A stretch of DNA of 64,000 bases from Eledone cirrhosa. Its lineage: Eukaryota. Under the pieces are notes generated by a model. It did no database searches, had not been told where the DNA came from, and saw only the letters and a list, made by a program, of their open reading frames with translations. Of this stretch, positions 1 to 13,515 are shown one piece after another. The translations under genes and the position numbers were made by a program. The stretch's first letter is position 1. Each line of letters starts with the position of its first letter. The stretch spans positions 29,264,001 through 29,328,000 of the forward strand of contig OZ024746.1 in the NCBI GenBank assembly GCA_964016885.1, written 5' to 3'.

Positions 1-71
<71 letters not shown>

Positions 72-76
72 CACAC

Positions 77-109
<33 letters not shown>

Positions 110-180
110 GACACACACACATATATATAATATATATATATATATTTATATATATATATATATATATATATGACACACAC

Positions 181-259
<79 letters not shown>

Positions 260-650
260 TCCCACACGTGGTGTCGGCCAATTGTCGTACGATTTCATTA
301 TTAGTTTCACCTTGAATCACAATGCACTCGGTTCGCTCCCCCTCCCAGTAACCAGAAACCCTTTCCCCCTCCCAGTAATCAGAAGCACTCTTCCCTCCCC
401 GTAACCAGAAACCCTCCCTCGACCTGACATTATTAACAGATCCACAATAAAAACTAATAACACCAACAACAGTACCAAAAAAAAAAAAAACATTAGAAAA
501 AACAACACGAAAACACACGTTGGACTAATCACTGCAAATACTATTATGCCGTTGTTGTTTCAGTTGTTGTAGTTGTGGTAGTTGTTATCTCTATTTACTT
601 GTTAGGAGCTGTTGACTCAGTTACTTAGGTGCAGAAGGATGTGAAAATAT

Positions 651-1005
651 GTGGGTAACACAGCAATGTGTGTGTCTGTATGTGTAGCCAATAAAACCTT
701 GTTCTGTCCTACGCCATCTTGTTTTCGTGTGTGTTGTGTGTTTAGTTTGCGCATGTGTTACATCCGGGTGTCTGTGTGTGTTTTATTTGTTTATTTATTT
801 GTTTGTGGGTAACACAGCAATGTGTGTGTCTGTGTGTGTAGCCAATAAAACCTTGTTCTGTCCTACGCCTTCTTGTTTCTGTGTGTGTTGTGTGTTTAGT
901 TTGCGCATGTGTTACATCCGGGTGTCTGTGTGTGTTTTATTTGTTTATTTATTTGTTTGTGGGTAACACAGCAATGTGTGTGTCTGTGTGTGTAGCCAAT
1001 AAAAC
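651..1005. repeat. ~154-bp tandem repeat, about 2.3 copies
   Basis: gtgggtaacacagcaatg at about 651, 805 and 959. Confidence 0.9.
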
Positions 1006-1289
1006 CGTGTGTAGCCAACACAGTCGTGTGTGTGTCTGTGTGTGGACAATACAACTGTGTTTGTCTGTGTGTGGCCAACACAGCCGTGTGTATGACTGTG
1101 TGTGGGCAATACAGCCGTGTGTGTTTGTATGTGTGATATGTTGCCACCACATCCGTATGTGTGTCTGTGTGTGCAACACAGCCGTGTGTATGTCTGTATG
1201 TCTTATATATGGTCAAAATAGCAGTGTCTATATGTTATCTGTGGCCCGTGCAACCGTGTGTATGTCTTATGTGTTGAAACGATTACATA

Positions 1290-2430
1290 TTCAAAATTCC
1301 GCATCAATAGAGAAAAGGCCAGAGTTCTCTAATTCAGAAAGAAGGTTCTTTCATTAGAATTTAGTCATCAAACTCCTTTCCTACGTCTTTTGAGAATGTA
1401 GTAACGAGATCACAGTTCTTCTTTTTACCATTCACCTACTTGGCATATAATTTAACCCTTTCATTACCATATTTCGAATGAAATACACCACCTATGGTTT
1501 TCAATTAATTTTGTAAATAATCACTAATATGACGGTATTTAGTAAAATAACTAACCATTTTATTAAACTGGTGTTTAGTACATAGCTTAACAAAGATATT
1601 CTTCTTTAATATTTTTTTAATTTAAATATAGTTTAAAACAAGAAGATTGTCATCGGAATTGGGGCGTATTGTTATCAAATGTATTAAGATTGTATACAAA
1701 GGAGTAATGTATTAGGTTAGTGTGTCTGTCTTTTGAGCCAATAACATAGTTTTCAGATTTCCTCAACAAAACAGGTAGTCACTCTGTGATCTTAATACAT
1801 TCTATGCATAAACTGTAACATACTTGCTCCTTGAAATATGCACTTGTCATATTTTATTTTATCAGCAGCAATATAATCATTTCAGAATGGTGATCTAGGG
1901 CGAATAACGGCTGTCTATGGCCTTGATTGTGGGCTCTGGAACTTGAGCCGAAGGGCATCTAGCATACAAGTGTGGGGAATAGAATTAAATATTTTCTTGC
2001 AATCCAGACTGTAACCTCGTTCTTCCTATGCCACCGCTGTTTTGTTAATTAGAAATTGCACAGCACATCCTTCAATTCCTTTCTTGCCGGCAGCTTGTTC
2101 CGCTGTAATGATATTGTTACTATCACAGTGATTTTAGTGGAATTAATTTAGACAGACTGCATACATTTTATACATTAAATTTTTGCATCTACTTAGCTTC
2201 AAGGTTTTGAAGTATTAGATATATTTCTGGCAATATTAACGATCTTGGTTTATTTATATTTCCATTGAGAACTTGCTGGTGAAGCTAGATAAGTTACACC
2301 CAATAAATGGTCAGCTTGTACCAGTATCCGACAGTCAAGTCTGTTATTGATTTCCTATTCTGAAGTTGTTCTATAACAGTCTCCATAATATCACAATCTC
2401 GAACACAAACAACAATGGATAAACAGAGAT
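1290..2430 (-). pseudogene. Decayed R4/Dong-like RT remnant
   Basis: Minus-strand fragments AEQAAGKKGIEGC..FLINK, LDCKKIFNSIPH and CDLVTTFSKDVGKEF match the 54-57 kb ORF (PEQAGGKREVWGC, LDYQKAFDSVPH, LDLITQFSTDIKMKF). Stops and frameshifts present. Confidence 0.7.
1452..1690 (+). mobile_element. TTAA-CCCTT-terminated piggyBac-type MITE; relatives at about 46130-46264 (-) and 62728-62830 (+)
   Basis: Shared ttaaccctttcattaccatatttc...aattttg motif at three loci. This copy splits the Dong remnant. Confidence 0.45.
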
Positions 2431-2676
2431 CTTTATGTCTTTTATCGACCACAGAATGTCGAAGGGACATAATTGATATTGAACTCAGGCAGTAGAAGAG
2501 TTATAATTAAATAACATGATGCATTTGTCCGACGCTCTGCCAATCAATCATCATAACTAGAGCAACAACAACAACTGCAAAAATAACAACTGAAACAAGA
2601 ACAACAACACCGCCAATTAATATTCGATATAATTTAGAGCAGGACAAATTACATGTTAATTAATAGAAAGACATAC

Positions 2677-2818
2677 CTGTGCCTAGGTTTCTTTAAACCT
2701 TGGTTCTTTATTGAATCATTCTTTTTATGTATGAAAATCTGGTCATCAGAATGGGTTTTGGTAATATTGAAGGCAAGACAGGAGGGTGACTTGTGATGGG
2801 ACACAGCAGACATAAACG
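2677..2818 (-). CDS. Candidate 142-nt internal exon ((A)FMSAVSHHKSPSCLAFNITKTHSDDQIFIHKKNDSIKNQGLKKPRH)
   Basis: Pyrimidine-rich acceptor ...CTATCATTTTAG| and donor CAG|GTATGT. The frame is open and its phase-1 start matches the phase-1 end of the 32181 exon. Confidence 0.55.
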
Positions 2819-3189
2819 CTAAAATGATAGGTAGATAGATATATAAAGTTAGATAAATAGATAATAGATGGATAGATAGATAGATAAATAGTTAATCAAG
2901 AAAGGAATAGTTAATCACAGAGGTATAATCATAAAGTTACACATAAACCAAAGAAGTATTGACAATGATAGAAGTCATACATAATCACAGGAGTATGGAG
3001 TATCAGATAATCACAAGAGTGAATTGCTGGTACTTTAATAGTATCATGTTTATATGATGTATTGTACCACAGAATATATCTACATATATGTCACTGGTGC
3101 TTTGAGGGGATTTTAGGCAAGAACCGGTGAGTGGATTTCAGGCAAAAAAATCCCAACGTTATTTCATTTGGTGAATAAGCATCTGAAGT

Positions 3190-3830
3190 TGCAGGCCTGT
3201 AGCATGTCAAGTTTTCCAAATTTTCAGGAATGATATGAGCCCTGAAATGACTCTTCAGCCCAGCAGACATATCTGAAAAGCTGCAATGAAGACATTGATA
3301 ATTTGCAGTAACAGGGTTATGTTGGTAATTGTGTCTGCGATTTACATACAACTGATCTTGACGAGTCCGTTCTTCTTCAAAGAAAACAAGCTTCATATGG
3401 CATTACTTTCTCCACTCAGTCCTATTATAGGCAACATTTTCCCAGCTGCTAATATTATATTCAGACGTTTTGTCCCTAAAATTGTCTTTATAGTGAAGTA
3501 GAGGTCGACCTACGTTTCTACGAAAGCCGTTAAATTGTCCAAATAAGACTTGCTTTGGGATTCTTTCATCATTCATTCTCAAAACGTGGCCACACCATCG
3601 CATCTGAAATTTGATCAAGAACGTTTCTATTCCAGAAATATTGCATAGCAATAGCACATCGCTATTTTTGACTCCATCACCCCATGTTACTCCATAGATC
3701 TGCCTTAGACACCTCAAGTGGGAACTGGTCAGTTTATTTGTTTGCGATGGAGTCCAGGCTTCTTCCCCATAACAGAGAGTTGTAAGCACAACAGCTTTAT
3801 AGACATCAACTTGTGTTCCATAACCTACAC
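3190..3830 (-). pseudogene. RTE-clade LINE 3' remnant
   Basis: VYKAVVLTTLCYGEEAWT, QMRWCGHVLRMNDERIPKQVLFG and a terminal C2H2-like CLHC...AGLKSHFRAH. Confidence 0.85.
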
Positions 3831-4074
3831 ACACACACACAAACACAAATATATATAGATATATATATATACGTTATTCCGGGTTGAATCGGAGGTCACC
3901 ACAGTAAGTAAGGTACTCAATACATTGCAGAGTATAAAAGTTTTAATATAGATGAGATTCTACAGGACTAGAACTGTTTCATTCTTTAGAAATCATCAGG
4001 AATCTGGGTATCAAAAACACCCTCTCCTACCACTTGTAGAGACCTATAAATACCATATTTATTTTTTGATACCC

Positions 4075-4125
4075 AGATTCCTGATGATTTCTAAAGAATG
4101 AAACAGTTCTAGTCCTGTAGAATCT
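4075..4125 (+). ncRNA. Type I hammerhead ribozyme; inverted copy at 3955-4005 (-)
   Basis: agattc-CTGATGA-tttctaaagaat-GAAA-cag ttctagtc ctg-TA-gaatct. Predicted cut after GUA at 4119. Confidence 0.8.
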
Positions 4126-4140
4126 CATCTATATTAAAAA

Positions 4141-4207
<67 letters not shown>

Positions 4208-4241
4208 CTCTCTATCTATCTATCTATATATATGTATTTTA

Positions 4242-4298
<57 letters not shown>

Positions 4299-4564
4299 CT
4301 CTCTCTCTATCTATCTATATATATGTATTATATATATGTATATAGAAACGAGTAGGACCCCGACGGCTGAGCTCAAGCCGTTTCGACGGCTAATTCGAAA
4401 CGGCTTGAGCTCAGCCGTCGGGGTCCTACTCGTTCCTATTACCCACTCTACTACCCTAAGCATTGAGTACTTTGGTGCGTTATGGTCCACCTGGTTCCTT
4501 ACCACATTTCCTTCGTTATATATGTATATATATATATATATGTGTATATATATATGTGTATATA

Positions 4565-4607
<43 letters not shown>

Positions 4608-4661
4608 CTCTTTTACCTGTTTCAGCCATCCGGCTGAGGCCATGCTGGGGCACCGCCCTTG

Positions 4662-4694
<33 letters not shown>

Positions 4695-4707
4695 GTATAT
4701 ATATATG

Positions 4708-4739
<32 letters not shown>

Positions 4740-5295
4740 AGTTAAAACAATGAAATAAAAATTAAAGTCATTAGAAATATACTTCACTGCTTTACGATCG
4801 TTTCTAGGTGATGATAATACATCGTAACCATACTTCGTTATCGATCTATGTAAAGTTAGTTACAAAATATCAGATAAGGAAAATATTTACTTACATGTAT
4901 ATCACCAGCTGTTGTCAAATGCAATGGCTAGTGATATACATGTAAGTAAATATTTTCATTATCTGATATTTTTTAACTAACCTTACATAGATCGATAACG
5001 AAGTATGGTTACGATGTATTATCATCACCTAGAAACGATCGTAAAGCAGTGAAGTATATTTCTAATGACTTGAATTTTTATTTCATTGTTTTAACTTATA
5101 TCATGACTCTGTTTTCCTTTTAATGTTTTATTGTTTTCCGGGATTTATTTTAACCTTCAACATTTTCAACATATGGATTACATTGAGTTCTTCATGCAGA
5201 CTGGACCCCACAACTTACCGTGGATATCTCTGTGTATATATATATATATATATTCTAAGCAATCTTATTTTTCGAGATGTAAAGTATATATATAA

Positions 5296-5341
<46 letters not shown>

Positions 5342-5476
5342 AATCAGGAAAGAAGAGTGACACGGTTTGCTATACAAAAAAGGTTTTTAATCTCATTGCT
5401 GACAATTGTTTCTCTGAACTGGTAGGTAACTGTACTACACCTAAGTGGACTACATATAACAATAATTTGTTACCCC

Positions 5477-5524
<48 letters not shown>

Positions 5525-5679
5525 CGAAGGAAATGTGGTAAGGAACCAGGTGGACCATAACGCACCAAAGTACTCAATACTTGAGGTAGTAGAGTGGGTA
5601 ATAGGAACCAGTAAGACCCCGACAGCTGAGCTCAAGCCGTCGAAACGGCTTGAGCTCAGCTGTCGGGGTCTTACTGGTT

Positions 5680-5753
<74 letters not shown>

Positions 5754-5754
5754 C

Positions 5755-5788
<34 letters not shown>

Positions 5789-6129
5789 GTGGATAAACAA
5801 GACAGCTTGAAATCTAATTTAGAGAAACTTATAAATATAGAAATATCTTAATATTCGAATGGAAAGATCTCAGTAAAGAACTTTAAAATAAAGAAACTTC
5901 ACAAGCAACTCATCCTATATATATATATATATAAATCTTCATCTGCCGTCTCCCTATGACCCCACGATTCCACCACCAACAGTACAATACATTAGCATGT
6001 CAACACCAACACCCTCCCCCAGTCACTGATAACACTCCAATAAATAAATTCATATTTAACTTATATTTTGAAAATATTGATCAACTGTAAACTTTCCGAT
6101 TTTAGTAGCTTCTGTAATTTTATTCTCTT

Positions 6130-6790
6130 AGGTAGCATTATATATATATTGATAGCATATTTAATATAATATTATTTATATTCATAACATATTTATTACA
6201 GAATAATATATATTGATTACATATAGTTAATATAACATCGTATAAAATCTATTTAATATTGTATTATATATATCGAGAACATATAGTTAATATAGCATTA
6301 TATTGATAACATATTTAATACACCATAATATATATTGGTAACATATTTAATATAGAATTATATATATATATATATATATATTGATAACATAATAGATTCA
6401 ATATAACGTTATATATATTGCTAACAGATTTAATATAACATTACATATATTGATAACAGATTTAATATAACATTATATATATTGATAACAGATTTAATAT
6501 ATCATCATATATATTAATAACATATTTAACATAGCACTATATTGATATCATATATTTAATATACCATTATCTGTACTGATAATAGATTTATATAGCATTA
6601 TATTGATAACATATTTATTATACCATTATATTGATAACATAAATTTAATATCGCATTATATATATTGATAGCATAAATTTAATGTCGCATTATATATATT
6701 GATACCATATATTTAATGTACCATTATATTGATAACATATATTTACTATAGCATTATATTGATAAAATTTAATATAACATTATTTATAAT
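6130..6790. repeat. Degenerate AT-rich ~30-bp minisatellite
   Basis: Recurring atattgataacatatttaatata(g/c)catt. Confidence 0.85.
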
Positions 6791-7085
6791 ATGTTATATT
6801 TATTACAAATAATTAATTTGGTGTTTTAAAATCTTCGAATTGATAACTAGTTACCTTTTCGAAATTATTCTTCATTTCATTAGTTTGTATAAGATCCTTG
6901 AAATTATATTTATTTTACCTGTGTAACATTACCTGATGTTACAATGATACAGGTATTCTCCCAAATTTACGTGTTATATATATGTGTGTATGTATAAAAT
7001 GTAGAAGAGTTAGCGTGAACTCGGCGGTTCGGCTAGTTACCTCTTCTGGCCTTCATCAAGAAAGATTTCTCGAAATATGTGTGTA

Positions 7086-7140
<55 letters not shown>

Positions 7141-7153
7141 TTTCTATATATTG

Positions 7154-7218
7154 TATTTTGTCTGATGAAGGCATACCATAATTTAACTGGGTATCCCTGA
7201 AATATGTATAATGAAATA
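7154..7218 (+). ncRNA. Type I hammerhead ribozyme
   Basis: tattttgt-CTGATGA-aggcatacc...ggtatccct-GAAA-tatgta-TA-atgaaata (stem I has two G-U pairs). Confidence 0.7.
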
Positions 7219-7789
7219 AATATGGTTTTATAAATATAGTTTCCATTTATTAATATCGTATATCTACTCCAAATACTTGTCGAGTGCTTTATATCAGTTA
7301 TAAAAATATTTACTTGTTGTATCCCAACAATTTTAAATAGAACTTTTGCATATATATATATGTATATATTTATGTGTTTATATATATATGTACGTATATA
7401 TACAAGTATACACACACACACATATATATATGTATATATTTGTGTTTATATATATATATACGTATATATACAAGTACACACACACACACACATATGTATA
7501 TATGTATATATAAGAGACAGGGTGGTTGTGTCTGTCCACACAAGTTAGATAATAGAGAAAAATATAGACAAAAATTCACACAAACCGTATATCTAGTATT
7601 ATACAATTTATTAGAATATAACATCATTGTTAAATATCATATACAGTTGATAATAATATTGTATTCATAATATTAATTAGATTAATTAACGTTTGTCATT
7701 AATCAGTAGAAACTTACAACGGTTTTCTACGATTACACTATTCATAACTTTTTACTGTGTATAAATCTGAACTAATCTTTGACTTTGTC

Positions 7790-8330
7790 GTAGAGCCCTA
7801 TAGAACAACGACTTGTTAGAACGCCATAGATGAACTCTATGGTAGAACGCCATAGATGGACTCTATGGTAGAACACCATAGATGAACTCTATGGTAGAAC
7901 CCTATAGATTAACGCTATGGTAGAACTCGATAGATGAACGCTATGATAGAACCCTATGGAAGACCCCATTATAGAACTCTATAAATGAAAGCTATGTTAG
8001 AACCCTGTGATAGAACGCTACGATAGAACCCTATCGATGAATGCTACGATAGAACGCTGTGATGGAACGCTATGATATAACACTATAGAAGAAGACTATG
8101 ATAGAACCCTATCTAAGAACGCTATAAAAGAACATGATGATAGAACGCTACAACAGAACCCTATCCAAGAACTCTATGATAGAACCCTATCCAGGAAGGT
8201 TATGATAGAACGCTATAAAAGATCGCTATGATAGAACGCTGTAAAAGAACGCTATGATAAAACTCTATAGAAGAGGCTATGATATAACTCTGCGATAGAA
8301 CCCTATGGTAGAACGCTGTGACAGAACGCT
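7790..8330. repeat. Degenerate minisatellite built on gatagaac(g/c/t)ctat
   Basis: Recurring ~11-13-bp subunits. Confidence 0.85.
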
Positions 8331-8860
8331 AGTGTTTTGGTATCAATTTCTTTTTTTTTAAGTGTCAGAATCCTTACAATAGTCATGTGACTTAGCAGGT
8401 GAGATTTTTTCAGAATATTATTCCTAAGCACTGAAGCCTGCTTTATATTTGTTAATTAATAATAACTCCTTGTTTATTCTTTGTTGTTTGTTAATGATAT
8501 ATTCAAATTCATAAATTAGACAAATTCTGAACATTTTTTTCTGAATAGCCATTCATTAGGATCTTTCTTGTATTTATATCTCGGATTTGTTGTTGATGGC
8601 CAGTGATCTGTGTTCGTAGACTATTGCCATTATTCCAATGTAATATCCTCCATATCGGCTGTATGTTATAACATAGACGAGATTACCAGATAAACAAGTA
8701 AAACTGTTTTTAACTCTAAACATTATAAAACACGTAATCACATAAAACCGTTGTAAGCTGCAACTATTTGATGATAAATGGTAAATGATTTAATTTATAT
8801 TACTATAAAAATATTATTGTAAACTGCATAATATTAGATATGATGTTTGTGTGCATTTTC

Positions 8861-8898
<38 letters not shown>

Positions 8899-9739
8899 GA
8901 AATATCAATATATCATCATTATGTTTATTCACGTGTGACGTGATCGATACTAATTGTACAGTGAGCTGGTCAATAGCAAAACGCATGATACGCGTTCAAG
9001 AACATGAGATAGCTATGAAATACCTAACGAACAAAAAAAGACAGCGAACTCTTTAAAACTCCTAAAGATTTCTAAAGAGTTCGCTGTCTCCTAAAGAGTA
9101 ACCATAAATATCTATTAGGTTATATATTTCAGAAGTTATCACTCACATGATCAGTAGTTACCCAAAGATGTCATTAAGGTAGACCCCCCCCCCCCAACTA
9201 CTACATGATGTTGTTAAAACAATATACAATGACATCTGTTGAAAAGAATGGCTTGGAATTAATAGAGAAGACCTGCGTTATGGGATATATACATGTGCGT
9301 TGGATCTCCGTCGGTTTGCGACGACGAGTGTTTCACTTGGTTCTATCAGTGGGAGAGCCTACTCGTAAAATCAACGTGTACCATTAAAGTAATTCTAGGG
9401 GAGATTCAGCAGGACAAAGTGAGTGACGAGGCTGACCATTTCAATTCCAGGTAGAGTCCATCTAGCCTGCTTCCAAACAATTGCTATCAACCTAGTTTAA
9501 CTGACAAGGCATAGCTCTTGTTTACACGTTATATTAATGTTTATTGTGATTACATCAATAAAATCAACGTGTTTCTTAATATTAGTTTATCTCCGAACAC
9601 AATTGAACTAACCTTCCCCGAGGCTTATAGTAAAAGGCATTTGCCAAAGATGTCATGCAGTGGCATCGAATCTGGGAGTTTTTATCTACCCACAGTAGCG
9701 ACTGTCTCGGGATAAATATATATTATAGAATCCCTGTTC

Positions 9740-9882
<143 letters not shown>

Positions 9883-10398
9883 AACGAGTAGGACCCCGAC
9901 GGCTGAGCTCAAGCCGTTTCGACGGCTAATTCTGGACTAAAATCAACATTTTAGTCAGAATTAGCCGTCGAAACGGCATGAGCTCAGCCGTCGGGGCCCT
10001 ACTCGTTCCTATTACCCACTCTACTACCCTAAGTATTGAGTACTTTGGTGCGTTATGGTCCACCTGGTTCCTTACCACATTTCCTTCGTTATATATATAT
10101 ATATATATGTAGATAAATCTACCAAATATATATATATAATGATAATAATAATTGTGTCTACTTTTGGCACAAGGCCAGCATTACCCAGTTCATTACTGGT
10201 ACTTTATTTTATCGACCCGGTAAGGATGAAAGGCAAAGTTAACCTCGACGGGATTTGAACTCAGACCGTAAAGGGACGTAATAATAAGCATCAACGATGT
10301 GCCAAATTTTCATGACGTTTATTCAAGTGTGACGCGCGTTTCGCGATTGATCAGCTCAAGGTTCGATCTCTATCGATCGGGCCCGACTAATAATGGAT

Positions 10399-10526
10399 AT
10401 TTCTGAAGACAGTATATATATGTGTAGGTATGTATATTCCCTCTGATAGTTTGTAAAATGTTTACATAGATCTATATGATATACATACCAACACACACAT
10501 ATATATCCTAGAAATGATCGTAAAAT
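10399..10526 (+). ncRNA. Type I hammerhead with 101-nt stem II
   Basis: attt-CTGAAGA-[atatatatgtgt/acacatatatat; ggtatgtatat/atatacatacc; tgtaaa/tttaca]-GAAA-tgatcg-TA-aaat. Confidence 0.65.
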
Positions 10527-10586
10527 GATGAATTTTTTAATATAAGGAACTGTTTCTTTCTTTTTATTCATTGTTTTTATTAATTT

Positions 10587-11315
<729 letters not shown>

Positions 11316-11515
11316 NNNNNNNNNNNNNNNNNNNNNNNNNNNNNNNNNNNNNNNNNNNNNNNNNNNNNNNNNNNNNNNNNNNNNNNNNNNNNNNNNNNNN
11401 NNNNNNNNNNNNNNNNNNNNNNNNNNNNNNNNNNNNNNNNNNNNNNNNNNNNNNNNNNNNNNNNNNNNNNNNNNNNNNNNNNNNNNNNNNNNNNNNNNNN
11501 NNNNNNNNNNNNNNN
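11316..11515. other. Assembly gap (200 N)
   Basis: Run of n. Confidence 1.
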
Positions 11516-11567
11516 TCTGTGTGTTTTGTTTTGATGTTATCCGGCAATTGGCGAAATCAGTGTGAAA

Positions 11568-11608
<41 letters not shown>

Positions 11609-11782
11609 TGTGTGTGTGTTACTTATGCGAGCGACGACAGAAAAAGTGTGTGGGGATACATACATTATTATATTTGTCTGTATTCTCATTCTGCAACCAT
11701 TATATTATATTTGTATCCAAATGATTTTAGATGTATGTATTACCTTCTTGCCCCGTCCCTCTGTTTCTCTTTCTCTCTCCCC

Positions 11783-11822
<40 letters not shown>

Positions 11823-12091
11823 CTCTCTCCTCTCTCTCTCTTTAGGTGTGTGTGTGTAGTTTTCCTAATCTGTCTCTTTCACTCTCTGTCTCTCTAAGAG
11901 GTTTGCCTTTTGATGTATGTATTACCTGCTTGTGTGTTGACCGAATTTGAAGGAGGTTATCCTTTTGAAATAAACATACATACGAAGCTCATCTCTATAC
12001 CGAAAGTAAAAGAGTGTTGTCATATAGAGAGTGAAGAGAGACAGAGAGCAAAGCAGTTAAGTTATAGAGAGGGTGAAAGAGAGAGAGAGAG

Positions 12092-12144
<53 letters not shown>

Positions 12145-12370
12145 GACGCTCAGCTTTATAATATTAGAGAGTGAAGAGCGACAGAGAGTAAAGCAGTTAA
12201 ATTATAGAGAGGGGGAATGATCTATTATAGAGAGAGGGAAGAGCGACGGAGAGAGTAAAGCTAAGAAACTATAGGGAGGTGTGTAGGATACATACATAAT
12301 ACATACACACATTACTCAGCTTTATAATATTATATATATATATATATATATATAAAATTGTGTGTGTGTT

Positions 12371-12403
<33 letters not shown>

Positions 12404-12622
12404 AGATCAAAAGATGGTTAAAGGAGTTCCATGTATTTTATTATGTGCATTTCAAAAACAAACATCATCATGCAATAATATTCGTGTTTTCATCAGATAA
12501 AACAGGAGGACATGATATGAAGGCTAAAAAACACTTGTGGATAGTGCAGTTTAAAATCAACATATGTTGATTTAAAACTGCACTATCCACAAGTGTTTTT
12601 TAGCCTTCATATCATGTCCTCC

Positions 12623-12693
12623 TGTTTTATCTGATGAAAACACGAATATTATTGCATGATGATGTTTGTTTTTGAAATGCGCATAATAAAATA
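12623..12693 (+). ncRNA. Type I hammerhead ribozyme, with an inverted copy in the left arm
   Basis: tgttttat-CTGATGA-36-nt hairpin-GAAA-tgcgca-TA-ataaaata. Confidence 0.8.
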
Positions 12694-12988
12694 CATGGAA
12701 CTCCTTTAACCATCTTTTGATCTTATATATTATGTATACTCCAGTCCTACAAATTGTAGAGTGCTTCTTATCCGATATCTGCATTGCTTTATTGTACTAC
12801 AATAAAACTCACCTCCTACATTATATATATATATATATTGTTATACTTTGGGAGGGTCATGTTGCCAATAAGAAACACACGCACCAGTGCTTTCACTTCA
12901 ATTTATTATAAATTAAATTTATAAATTTAAGAATTTATAAATTTCCGGTTGGTTGGTTAGTTCCACAACCGGATGGTTGTTCATATTT

Positions 12989-13031
12989 GTCAAAGTTCTT
13001 TCGTCACACATTCTGTGACCTCTTCAGTGAC
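12989..13031 (-). ncRNA. Type I hammerhead ribozyme; plus-strand copy at 13165-13207 has one stem I mismatch
   Basis: gtca-CTGAAGA-g gtcac agaatgt gtgac-GAAA-gaac-TT-tgac. Confidence 0.75.
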
Positions 13032-13441
13032 TGGGATTCTTTTCTTTGTTTTTGTGCCTCTCCTTTGTTCTGTCCTACACCATCTTGTTTTTCAACACAC
13101 ACAAAAAGATGATGGCGTAGGACAGAACAAATGAGAGGCACAAAAACAAAGAAAAGGATTCCCAGTCACTGAAGAGGTCACAGAATGTGTGACGAAAGAA
13201 CTTTGTCAATATATGAACAACCGTCCGTTTGTAGAACCAACCAACCAACCGGAAATTTATAAATTCTTAAATTTATAAATTTAATTTATAATAAATTGGA
13301 GTGAAAGCACTGGTGCGTGTGTTTCTTATTGGCAACATGACCCTCCCAAAGCATAAAAATATCGGTTTCAACACACGTTTTCAGATAAAGAATCTTGCTA
13401 AACAAATTCAGAAACGAAATATATATATATATATATATAAT

Positions 13442-13515
<74 letters not shown>

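Noticed and set aside
2670-2755. Minus-strand CTGATGA...GAAA-cct..agg-TA as a hammerhead
   Set aside because: No stem I or stem II pairing. The sequence is better explained as the coding exon and its donor site.
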